Source: a virus (taxonomy: Duplodnaviria; Heunggongvirae; Uroviricota; Caudoviricetes). Taken from it: DNA of 7,424 bases. The notes under the pieces are model-generated. The model was not told where the DNA came from. It saw only the letters and a program-made list of their open reading frames with translations, and ran no database searches. Each line of letters begins with the position of its first letter. Position 1 is the first letter of the stretch. Made by a program: the position numbers and the translations under genes. The stretch is taken from the IMG/VR virus record IMGVR_UViG_3300028985_000011, one strand, 5' to 3'. Positions 1 to 5,225 of the stretch are shown here, piece after piece.

Positions 1-56
1 CCCTGCCATTGCTGGCATTTTTAATCCGTTGGTATGGCGTTAATATGGCTGGCGGG

Positions 57-245
57 TTATCCAGCCGGTATTTCGTTATTCAGGTTCAGCGATACTTTTT
101 TTAACGGGAGGCATTCACCGGGGATTTTTTGTTCGTCCCTTACCTGAATGCAGGATGACTTACTGTCATAAATTCCGGTAATCACATTTTGTGGCTCACC
201 CGTTATAAGAAAAACGGTCATCACCAGTGCAAATGCTGAAGTCAC
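57..245 (-). CDS. ydfD: YdfD-like small protein (62 aa) with N-terminal hydrophobic segment; GTG start overlapping the upstream stop (GTGA)
   Basis: Minus-strand ORF MTSAFALVMTVFLITGEPQNV...; GGAG Shine-Dalgarno 7 nt upstream of GTG at 243-245; hydrophobic N-terminus (FALVMTVFLITG); position immediately after dicB-like gene as in Qin prophage. Alternative ATG start at 219-221. Symbol assigned by synteny and size, not by search. Confidence 0.5.
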   Translation of the reverse strand: MTSAFALVMTVFLITGEPQNVITGIYDSKSSCIQVRDEQKIPGECLPLKKVSLNLNNEIPAG

Positions 246-430
246 TGCTGTTCTCCGATAATACCAAGTTCAAGAAGGGCAATTCTGGAAAGTATGGAAT
301 TATCATTGAGAAGATAAGGTTCATATTTTCTCATCTTAATGGCATCTTCCGTAAACTCCCGGTTACTGAGCAGAACACCAATATCAAAACAACCTTCAGA
401 CGTATTAACGTTTGGTAATAACGTTTCCAT
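242..430 (-). CDS. dicB: DicB-like cell-division inhibitor (62 aa)
   Basis: ATG at 428-430 (minus) with GAGGA Shine-Dalgarno 7 nt upstream; N-terminus METLLPNVNTSEGCF.IGV...FTEDAI matches my recollection of E. coli DicB; C-terminal half looks divergent; lies downstream of DicF-like sRNA. The six-frame track extends this ORF to a GTG at 535, which I consider unlikely. Confidence 0.6.
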   Translation of the reverse strand: METLLPNVNTSEGCFDIGVLLSNREFTEDAIKMRKYEPYLLNDNSILSRIALLELGIIGEQQ

Positions 431-485
431 TATCGCGTCCTCAACAATGAATTTTGTGATGCGGTGCCTGGTGCCTCCAGGTGAC

Positions 486-506
486 GTTAACCAGTTAACA
501 ATTAAC
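486..506. repeat. Three tandem (G/A)TTAAC hexamers at about 8-bp spacing in the dicB-like 5' leader
   Basis: GTTAAC at 486-491 and 494-499, ATTAAC at 501-506; GTTAAC is self-complementary so the cluster can form alternative RNA or DNA hairpins; function unknown. Confidence 0.4.
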
Positions 507-599
507 GCCGGATACAGAGAATCCACCCATAACACTGTTTTTGGTTTTAACTGTTCCGCGTGCGCTCAGCCGCATTCACCACATCACAAAATTCACTTT

Positions 600-642
600 A
601 AAAAGGGCGGCAGAGCAGTCACGGAGTAAAACTGATACCGCC
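600..642 (-). terminator. Rho-independent terminator at the 3' end of the DicF-like RNA
   Basis: On minus strand GGCGG (plus 638-642) ... CCGCC (plus 606-610) followed by C then TTTTT (plus 604-600); inner CAGT/ACTG pairing possible within the loop. Confidence 0.5.
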
Positions 643-657
643 AAACGTCACCAGAAA
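600..657 (-). ncRNA. dicF: DicF-like small regulatory RNA with 3' intrinsic terminator
   Basis: Minus-strand sequence TTTCTGGTGACGTTTGGCGGTATCAGTTTTACTCCGTGACTGCTCTGCCGCCCTTTTT matches my recollection of E. coli DicF; ends in GC stem (plus 638-642 / 606-610) plus U5 tract (plus 600-604); located between the upstream ORFs and dicB-like gene as in Qin. Not verified by covariance model. Confidence 0.55.
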
Positions 658-962
658 ATTGATAACAGAGGGCGTTGCAGCGGGGTTGTCACTTAAGCGT
701 ATGGTCAACCTGACAACCCGGTGTCCTCAGCGGGGTAAGGAATAACCCCGCCATACTTACCGCCGCGCCATTTCGCGGATTGCCACAACCGGAAGCGCAC
801 GATCGAATTAAATTTAACGACGACCTATACAGAGAGACTAACTTCTCCGGGCGCTTTCGTGTTATGCCCTGACTTTTCAGGGATATATCCTTTTCAGTAA
901 ACTGTCAGTGCCGGATTCTTATCCGTGTCCGGCGCACGCACTCTACCTCACCTGTGAATAAA
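658..962 (-). other. Hairpin-rich untranslated region between upstream ORF and DicF-like RNA (probable precursor/processing region)
   Basis: No ORF of convincing size or RBS on either strand; 9-bp stem GGGTTGTCA (683-691) / TGACAACCC (711-719); stem GCGGGGT (730-736) / ACCCCGC (745-751); direct repeat CAGCGGGGT at 678-686 and 728-736; stem CCCTGA (867-872) / TCAGGG (877-882); palindrome GGATATATCC (881-890); stem GCCGGA (910-915) / TCCGGC (928-933). Confidence 0.4.
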
Positions 963-1301
963 TTAATGATTAATTGATATTTTGTTGTTTGATTCAACTT
1001 TCCCATCGGATGTGTGATGCTTTAAATCACAGGAATTAATACTGCTTGCTGTAAAATGATTTTCAAGGGGAGCTATTCGAATCCCTTTCTTTTTCATTAA
1101 CAAGCCAAATCCTTTATTAATGATGTCCATTAATTCCAGAAAGTATTTTTCATGTAAATCCTGGTTATCAGAGAGCTGCTTCTCTTCGTACAGCCCGATA
1201 AAGGCTCGGCGTACGTTACCGGATATATTGTCGATGGTTTCTTTTTCTACGGTACTCAGGTCAAGAGTCGCCAGTTGAGAGCGAACCACATTCGATGCCA
1301 T
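963..1301 (-). CDS. Hypothetical protein, AT-rich 3' half; true start may lie upstream inside the N-run
   Basis: Minus ORF open from the N-run to stop at 963-965 (ATG at 1299-1301 has AGGAA directly abutting, poor spacing; frame stays open upstream to 1319); GC content drops markedly toward 963; no family recognised. Confidence 0.5.
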   Translation of the reverse strand: MASNVVRSQLATLDLSTVEKETIDNISGNVRRAFIGLYEEKQLSDNQDLHEKYFLELMDIINKGFGLLMKKKGIRIAPLENHFTASSINSCDLKHHTSDGKVESNNKISINH

Positions 1302-1319
1302 TTCCTGGAATGGTACTGG

Positions 1320-1373
1320 NNNNNNNNNNNNNNNNNNNNNNNNNNNNNNNNNNNNNNNNNNNNNNNNNNNNNN
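1320..1373. other. Run of 54 undetermined bases (assembly gap or masked sequence)
   Basis: n characters from 1320 to 1373; flanking minus-strand ORFs are in different frames, so gene structure across it is unresolved. Confidence 1.
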
Positions 1374-1503
1374 AGCGACGCGCGCCAGCTTCGGTTTTAA
1401 ACGTTTTGCTTTTGGTATACGTCATGGCGGTGAATGTGCCGTCCTGGTTGGGGAACACACCACATACCAGAGATTCGCTGTTGCCAAGATCGATAGTATC
1501 CAT
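1374..1503 (-). CDS. Hypothetical small protein, first gene of the leftward operon (3' end hidden in N-run)
   Basis: ATG at 1501-1503 (minus) with GAGG Shine-Dalgarno 5 nt upstream; encodes MDTIDLGNSESLVCGVFPNQDGTFTAMTYTKSKTFKTEAGARR...; the track's TTG start at 1608 has no RBS and overlaps the predicted promoter; occupies the position of ydfA-like genes downstream of dicA in Qin. Confidence 0.45.
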
Positions 1504-1579
1504 GCTGACCTCATTACCCCTTAACGCCGGGTAGCGGAACTGTTTGCTGAGAACACCGTGCGGTGTCTTGATGGGTGGT

Positions 1580-1608
1580 AATTTAGTTTTCTCATGAATG
1601 TTGGTCAA
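1580..1608 (-). promoter_or_regulatory. Candidate leftward sigma70 promoter (dicB-operon / PL-like) with embedded operator-like motif
   Basis: On minus strand -35 TTGACC (plus 1603-1608), 17-nt spacer, -10 TAAATT (plus 1580-1585); spacer contains TGAGAAAACT (plus 1585-1594), the same core motif found at 1619-1631 and 2152-2164. Confidence 0.45.
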
Positions 1609-1616
1609 GCATTTTT

Positions 1617-1632
1617 AATGAGAAAACTCAAT
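1617..1632. promoter_or_regulatory. Operator-like near-palindrome AATGAGAAAACTCAAT (left copy)
   Basis: 13-nt identity TGAGAAAACTCAA with the site at 2152-2164; inverted arms TGAG/CTCA around AAAA; 11 bp upstream of the candidate -35. Confidence 0.45.
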
Positions 1633-1640
1633 ATTTAATG

Positions 1641-1672
1641 CAAAATAAAGCCAATACATTGAAATGTAAGGC
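1641..1672 (-). terminator. Possible weak intrinsic terminator downstream of the repressor gene
   Basis: On minus strand AAAGCC-TTACATTTCAATGTATT-GGCTTT hairpin (inner palindrome TACATTGAAATGTA at 1655-1668) followed by TTTATTTT; stem is AT-rich so strength is doubtful. Confidence 0.3.
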
Positions 1673-1692
1673 TTTAAAATTTGTGAAGGGGG

Positions 1693-2100
1693 TTACTGAT
1701 GTTTGTTACGTTTGCGAGCTTCTAGTAGCTCGGTGAATAGGCGATTAAAATTCTCAACGCGGGCACGGAGTTCGCTGATTTGTGCTTGCTGCTCTGATTT
1801 TGGAAGTGCGCGATACAATCGCAACATCTCCAACTCATCTTCCGATAAGTCTAAGGCGCTGTTGAGTGCTACTGGTGGATCTGGTGTTTTATCCTCGTCA
1901 CCAAACAGTATCCAAGTTGGTGAACATTGCAATACCTCAGCCAGGCGATGCAAATTTTGCCCGCGCGGGGCTGTATGGTCGCTTTCCCATAGTGAAATTG
2001 ATGAGCCAGATACGCCAGCGGCTTTGCTTAAATCGTTTTGACTTAAACCAACCTGTTTGCGTCTTTCTCTAATTCGTTGACCTAAAGTTTTCTCGTTCAT
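1693..2100 (-). CDS. dicA: DicA-family HTH (XRE-type) prophage repressor, 135 aa
   Basis: N-terminal HTH (QRIRERRKQVGLSQNDLSKAAGVSGSSISLWE) and the motif LQCSPTWILFGDEDK that I recognise from E. coli DicA (also 135 aa); ATG at 2098-2100 with no obvious Shine-Dalgarno; divergent from a Cro-like gene. Confidence 0.9.
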   Translation of the reverse strand: MNEKTLGQRIRERRKQVGLSQNDLSKAAGVSGSSISLWESDHTAPRGQNLHRLAEVLQCSPTWILFGDEDKTPDPPVALNSALDLSEDELEMLRLYRALPKSEQQAQISELRARVENFNRLFTELLEARKRNKHQ

Positions 2101-2121
2101 ATTTAGATATCTTAATAACCC

Positions 2122-2151
2122 TTGACTTGAGATTCCTTGAATGGTTACTAT
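2122..2151 (+). promoter_or_regulatory. Candidate rightward sigma70 promoter (PR-like) for the dicC-like operon
   Basis: -35 TTGACT (2122-2127), 18-nt spacer, -10 TACTAT (2146-2151); about 27 nt upstream of the dicC-like ATG; CTTGA direct repeats at 2121, 2126, 2136. Confidence 0.5.
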
Positions 2152-2165
2152 TGAGAAAACTCAAC
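2150..2165. promoter_or_regulatory. Operator-like palindrome ATTGAGAAAACTCAAC (right copy)
   Basis: Perfect inverted repeat TTGAG-AAAA-CTCAA (2151-2164) overlapping the -10 and predicted start site of the rightward promoter; 13-nt identity with 1619-1631. Confidence 0.5.
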
Positions 2166-2177
2166 TTTGGAGGGGTG

Positions 2178-2405
2178 ATGTTTAAATCAGACGTAATTAA
2201 TTTTTATGGGACGAAAGCCAAAGTAGCGAAAGCTGCTGGTGTTGATCCATCTGCTGTTTCTCAATGGGGGGAACTGGTTCCTGAAGGTCGCGCGATGCGC
2301 CTGCAAGAGGCATCCGGCGGGGAACTTCAGTACGACCCCAAAGTTTATGACGAATATCGTAAGGCAAAGCGGGCGGGGCGGTTGAACAATGAAAATCACC
2401 CCTGA
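2178..2405 (+). CDS. dicC: DicC/Cro-like small DNA-binding regulator, 76 aa
   Basis: ATG at 2178 preceded by GGAGGGG (2169-2175); product MFKSDVINFYGTKAKVAKAAGVDPSAVSQW...; same length as E. coli DicC and divergent from the dicA-like gene; the upstream extension to 2127 in the track lacks an RBS and overlaps the promoter. Confidence 0.8.
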   Translation: MFKSDVINFYGTKAKVAKAAGVDPSAVSQWGELVPEGRAMRLQEASGGELQYDPKVYDEYRKAKRAGRLNNENHP

Positions 2406-2940
2406 ACAGGTTTGTGAGGCTCTGGATGCCTGGGTATGTCGACCAGGAATGACACAGGAGCAAGCGACGATATTAATCACGGAAGCATTCTGGGCTCTGA
2501 AAGAACGCCCGAACATCGATGTTCAACGCGTCACGTTTAATGATGGCGAGGTTGATCAACGGGCGCTGGGCGTTAACCGGGTGAAGATATTCGAACGCTG
2601 GAAAGCTATCGACACCAGGGATAAGCGGAAAAAATTCACGGCGCTGATTCCGGCAATTATGGAGGCTATCCGAATTAGTGATTTCAGGTTGTATCGTGAG
2701 ATCAGTGATGGAAAAAGCATTACGTACATGATCGCCGGATTAAACAAAGAATATGGCGATGTGGTGGAGTCCGGGCTGCTTTTTGCGGATCCAGCTGTTG
2801 TGGAACGTGAGACTGACGAGCTTATAGAAAAAGCTATTGCTTTCAAGCATGCGTATCGTCAGCAATATCAATATTACTTTGCAGATAAACAAATGTCTGC
2901 CAGGGGTTTGTATGAGTATCGATGCACTACGATGGGCTAA
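2389..2940 (+). CDS. YdaT-like protein (CII-position regulator/toxin family), 183 aa
   Basis: ORF MKITPEQVCEALDAW...; third gene of the rightward operon as in Rac-type racR-ydaS-ydaT arrangements; start overlaps dicC-like stop by 17 nt; family assignment from memory only. Confidence 0.7.
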   Translation: MKITPEQVCEALDAWVCRPGMTQEQATILITEAFWALKERPNIDVQRVTFNDGEVDQRALGVNRVKIFERWKAIDTRDKRKKFTALIPAIMEAIRISDFRLYREISDGKSITYMIAGLNKEYGDVVESGLLFADPAVVERETDELIEKAIAFKHAYRQQYQYYFADKQMSARGLYEYRCTTMG

Positions 2941-3952
2941 AAAGGTGAAAACCGGCAGTTCATCCAGTAAGTCTGTATTGACCTGGCTTGCTGATATGTG
3001 CGGTGCCGATTTGTGTGCATACCCGTCTGTATCTGCACTGGCAGAAGTAACGGAACTAAACAAAAAGACTGTGCAGGACAGCTTACGACACCTGATGGAG
3101 ATTGGGTTAATTGTTGATACCGGTGAGAGAAAAGGCAGAACAAAGCAAATTGTGGTGTACCGACTTATCGGTGTAGAAGAAAGTGTTGCCGAGCCTGAAT
3201 ACACCCAAAAACGGGAGTCTTTAAAGGTGGGTAAAATTGGTGCTGTTAATAAAAACAGTACCGAAAATGGTTATGTTTCAGCACAAAACAGACCCAAAAA
3301 CGGAACTCTTAGCTGCATGGAAAATAACCAAAGACACCCAAATTTTCCATCAAAGACACCCAAAAACGGATCACGGAACCCAAAGGAACCCAAAGATCTA
3401 AACCCCACACATAACGCACGCGAGAGTGCTCCGACCAGTGAGCAGGAAGTTTTGTCGTTACAGGCAGCACCCCTTGTATTCCTGGATGGCCTGAGCGAAC
3501 CCATCGGAAAATTTCCGATGACCGATAGCTGGTATCCGTCACGGGATTTTCGACGACGGGCTGCGTTGTGGGGGATGGCTTTGCCGGAGACAGAATTTAC
3601 ACCTGCTGAACTTGCCGCCTTCCGGGACTACTGGGCAGCGGAGGGGAAAGTGTTTACTCAGATTCAGTGGGAGCAGAAATTCGCCCGTCACGTAAATCAC
3701 GTCAGGGCGCAGGTTAAACCAGTCAGCAAGGGGGTAAACCATGCAGCAGCACCAGGTGGCACCGCATCACGGGCAGTTCAGGAAATTCGGGCAGCACGTG
3801 AGCAGTGGGAACGTGAAAACGGATTTATCAGCGACGGAAACGGTCTGGAAGCTGTGGGAACTCATGGGGGAGGTTTATTCGAACCGCTGGACCCAGAAGA
3901 ACGGGGCCGCACCTTCGAAGCTCTGGATTGCACAGATTGGCGCGATGACTGA
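2912..3952 (+). CDS. Replication initiation protein (lambda-O-position): N-terminal HTH DNA-binding domain, low-complexity linker, C-terminal DnaT-like domain
   Basis: ATG at 2912 with AGGGG 5 nt upstream (track start at 2837 is TTG without RBS); N-terminal LTWLADMCGADLCAYPSVSALAEVTELNKKTVQDSLRHLMEIGLI resembles replication-initiator HTH; C-terminal WYPSRDFRRRAALWGMALPE...FRDYWAAEG resembles DnaT-type domain; iteron-like repeats inside. Confidence 0.8.
   Translation: MSIDALRWAKKVKTGSSSSKSVLTWLADMCGADLCAYPSVSALAEVTELNKKTVQDSLRHLMEIGLIVDTGERKGRTKQIVVYRLIGVEESVAEPEYTQKRESLKVGKIGAVNKNSTENGYVSAQNRPKNGTLSCMENNQRHPNFPSKTPKNGSRNPKEPKDLNPTHNARESAPTSEQEVLSLQAAPLVFLDGLSEPIGKFPMTDSWYPSRDFRRRAALWGMALPETEFTPAELAAFRDYWAAEGKVFTQIQWEQKFARHVNHVRAQVKPVSKGVNHAAAPGGTASRAVQEIRAAREQWERENGFISDGNGLEAVGTHGGGLFEPLDPEERGRTFEALDCTDWRDD
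3290..3396. repeat. Iteron-like repeat array inside the initiator gene (candidate replication origin)
   Basis: Core CCCAAA five times (3293, 3337, 3359, 3379, 3389); 12-mer CCCAAAAACGGA at 3293-3304 and 3359-3370; 14-mer CAAAGACACCCAAA at 3329-3342 and 3351-3364 (22 bp apart); tandem GAACCCAAAG at 3376-3385 and 3386-3395; AT-rich tract 3240-3290 just upstream. Confidence 0.5.
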
Positions 3953-4406
3953 GCAGCAAATCCGACAGGTCTGCCGCCAGTGCATGGACCGCTGCCGGGC
4001 GGGTGAAACATGGCCTCCGGACCTGGCTGAGTTTGTGGCGCTGATTTCAGAAAGCGGGGCCAATCCATTTGGCCTGACGGTGGATGCTGTGATGGAGGAG
4101 TACCGCCGCTGGCGTGATGAGTCCTGGCGATATGACGGAAGCGACAAATATCCGTGGCCTCAGCCTGTGCTGTACCACATCTGCCTCGAAATGCGTACCA
4201 GAGGGATTGAGCGCCAGATGACGCAGGGTGAGTTAAAACGACTTGCGGAACGGCAACTGACGAAATGGGCAAAGCATGTTGGTAACGGGATGAGTGTTCC
4301 GCCAGTGCGACGACAACTGGAAGGGGCGAAACACCCGCAAGGGCCAACGCCAATTGAACGGCTGAAACAGGAATACGAACGCCGGAAGGCAGCTGGTTTT
4401 ATTTGA
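3741..4406 (+). CDS. Lambda-P-like replication protein (helicase loader), 221 aa
   Basis: Strong RBS AAGGGGG (3728-3734) 6 nt before ATG 3741; internal regions MTEQQIRQV, WPPDLAEFVALI, YPWPQPVLYHICLEM align by eye with lambda P; overlaps the 3' end of the initiator gene by 212 nt in another frame (alternative starts GTG 3813 or ATG 3864). Confidence 0.7.
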   Translation: MQQHQVAPHHGQFRKFGQHVSSGNVKTDLSATETVWKLWELMGEVYSNRWTQKNGAAPSKLWIAQIGAMTEQQIRQVCRQCMDRCRAGETWPPDLAEFVALISESGANPFGLTVDAVMEEYRRWRDESWRYDGSDKYPWPQPVLYHICLEMRTRGIERQMTQGELKRLAERQLTKWAKHVGNGMSVPPVRRQLEGAKHPQGPTPIERLKQEYERRKAAGFI

Positions 4407-4439
4407 ATCTGAGAAACGATTTTGTCGGAGGAAATTTTA

Positions 4440-5210
4440 ATGGAAACCGTATTTGACGCACTGAAAGCAATGGGAAAAGCCACATCGGTAGAACTGGCCG
4501 CGCGACTTGATATCAGTCGTGAAGAGGTTCTCAACGAGCTGTGGGAACTCAAAAGAAATGGCGTCGTTGATAAAACTGGTCACACCTGGTTTCTGGCTGG
4601 CGAAGGTGAATCCCGGGTAACCGAAGAGCGGCCAGTAAAATCTGAAGCACAGGATATGCTGACCGGGGAGGTCGAACAAAAAGTTACCGCAGACATGATG
4701 ATTGAGTTTATCGGTCAGGATGGTGCTAAAACGTGTGAGGAACTGGCGGGTAAGTTCGGCGTCAGTACTCGCAAGGTTGCCTCCACGCTGGCGGTGGTAA
4801 CCGCAATGGGGCGGCTGGCACGCGTTAATCAGAACGGTAAATTTCGTTACTGCATGCCGGGCGATAATTTACCAGCAGAGCCGAAAGCCGCGCTGGTAAC
4901 GGAAAGTGATGGTAAGGCCTTTCCTCAGCCAGCAGGTGCTGCGTTACCAGTCCGGGAAGCCGCAACACAGGAAGAAATTAAAACAGAAACTGTGGCGGAC
5001 ATTGTGCAGCCGTTGCCATCGTTTACCGAAACGCAAGCAGATGAGCTGATTTTTCCGTCCCTTCGCAGGGCAAACCTGGCGCTGCGCAGGGCGAAAAGTG
5101 ATGTTCAGAAGTGGGAGCGAGTCTGCGCCGCGCTGCGGGAGCTGAACAAGCACCGGGATATTGTTCGACAGATTACTGATTCTTCCCGCCGTGTTGTATC
5201 GGAAAAGTGA
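4440..5210 (+). CDS. Hypothetical protein with two tandem winged-helix-like segments (phage nin-region family, possibly DUF1627-like)
   Basis: ATG 4440 with GGAGG (4427-4431) 8 nt upstream; the track start at 4422 is TTG; segments [30 protein letters not shown] and [33 protein letters not shown] look like wH/HTH units. Confidence 0.8.
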   Translation: METVFDALKAMGKATSVELAARLDISREEVLNELWELKRNGVVDKTGHTWFLAGEGESRVTEERPVKSEAQDMLTGEVEQKVTADMMIEFIGQDGAKTCEELAGKFGVSTRKVASTLAVVTAMGRLARVNQNGKFRYCMPGDNLPAEPKAALVTESDGKAFPQPAGAALPVREAATQEEIKTETVADIVQPLPSFTETQADELIFPSLRRANLALRRAKSDVQKWERVCAALRELNKHRDIVRQITDSSRRVVSEK

Positions 5211-5225
5211 TTGCCGGAGGCGCTT

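Noticed and set aside
431-535. GTG-start extension of the dicB-like ORF to 535
   Set aside because: The internal ATG at 428-430 has a well-spaced GAGGA RBS and gives the 62-aa product expected for DicB; the extension has none.
227-629. Plus-strand ORFs 227-418 and 339-629 from the six-frame track
   Set aside because: No Shine-Dalgarno sequence, rare codons (AGG, AGA, ATA), and they are antisense to the dicB-like and ydfD-like genes, which have RBSs and translational coupling.
730-753. Hairpin followed by CCA, superficially tRNA 3'-end-like
   Set aside because: Loop is 8 nt rather than 7, and no acceptor, D or anticodon arms can be built.
658-962. Small protein genes hidden in the untranslated region (for example the 21-codon minus-strand ORF starting MAGLFLTPL)
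   Set aside because: No convincing Shine-Dalgarno sequence, and the region is dominated by stable hairpins; treated as noncoding.
1076-1085. TTCGAATCC resembling a tRNA T-loop
   Set aside because: Flanking bases do not form a T-stem or acceptor stem, and it lies inside a coding ORF.
1504-1608. TTG start at 1608 for the first leftward ORF
   Set aside because: No RBS, and the TTG is the first three bases of the TTGACC hexamer that I read as the promoter -35; the ATG at 1503 with GAGG is preferred.
2127-2177. N-terminal extension of the dicC-like ORF (track start 2127)
   Set aside because: Would start inside the -35 element and has no RBS; ATG 2178 follows GGAGGGG.
1866-2516. Track ORFs antisense to or overlapping the dicA-like, dicC-like and YdaT-like genes (1703-2041 +, 1866-2072 +, 2187-2516 -, 2197-2463 -)
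   Set aside because: They lie opposite confidently called genes, lack RBSs and have low-complexity products.
2837-2911. TTG start at 2837 or ATG at 2849 for the initiator gene
   Set aside because: No RBS at either; ATG 2912 has an AGGGG Shine-Dalgarno sequence and begins the recognisable HTH domain.
2556-4679. Track ORFs antisense to the YdaT-like, initiator, P-like and first nin-like genes (2556-2846 -, 2740-3204 -, 2937-3143 -, 3271-3504 -, 3309-3542 -, 3539-3742 -, 3862-4353 -, 3875-4147 -, 4160-4552 -, 4437-4679 -)
   Set aside because: All lie opposite confidently called plus-strand genes and have low-complexity or Ser/Arg/Pro-rich products typical of antisense frames in GC-rich coding sequence.
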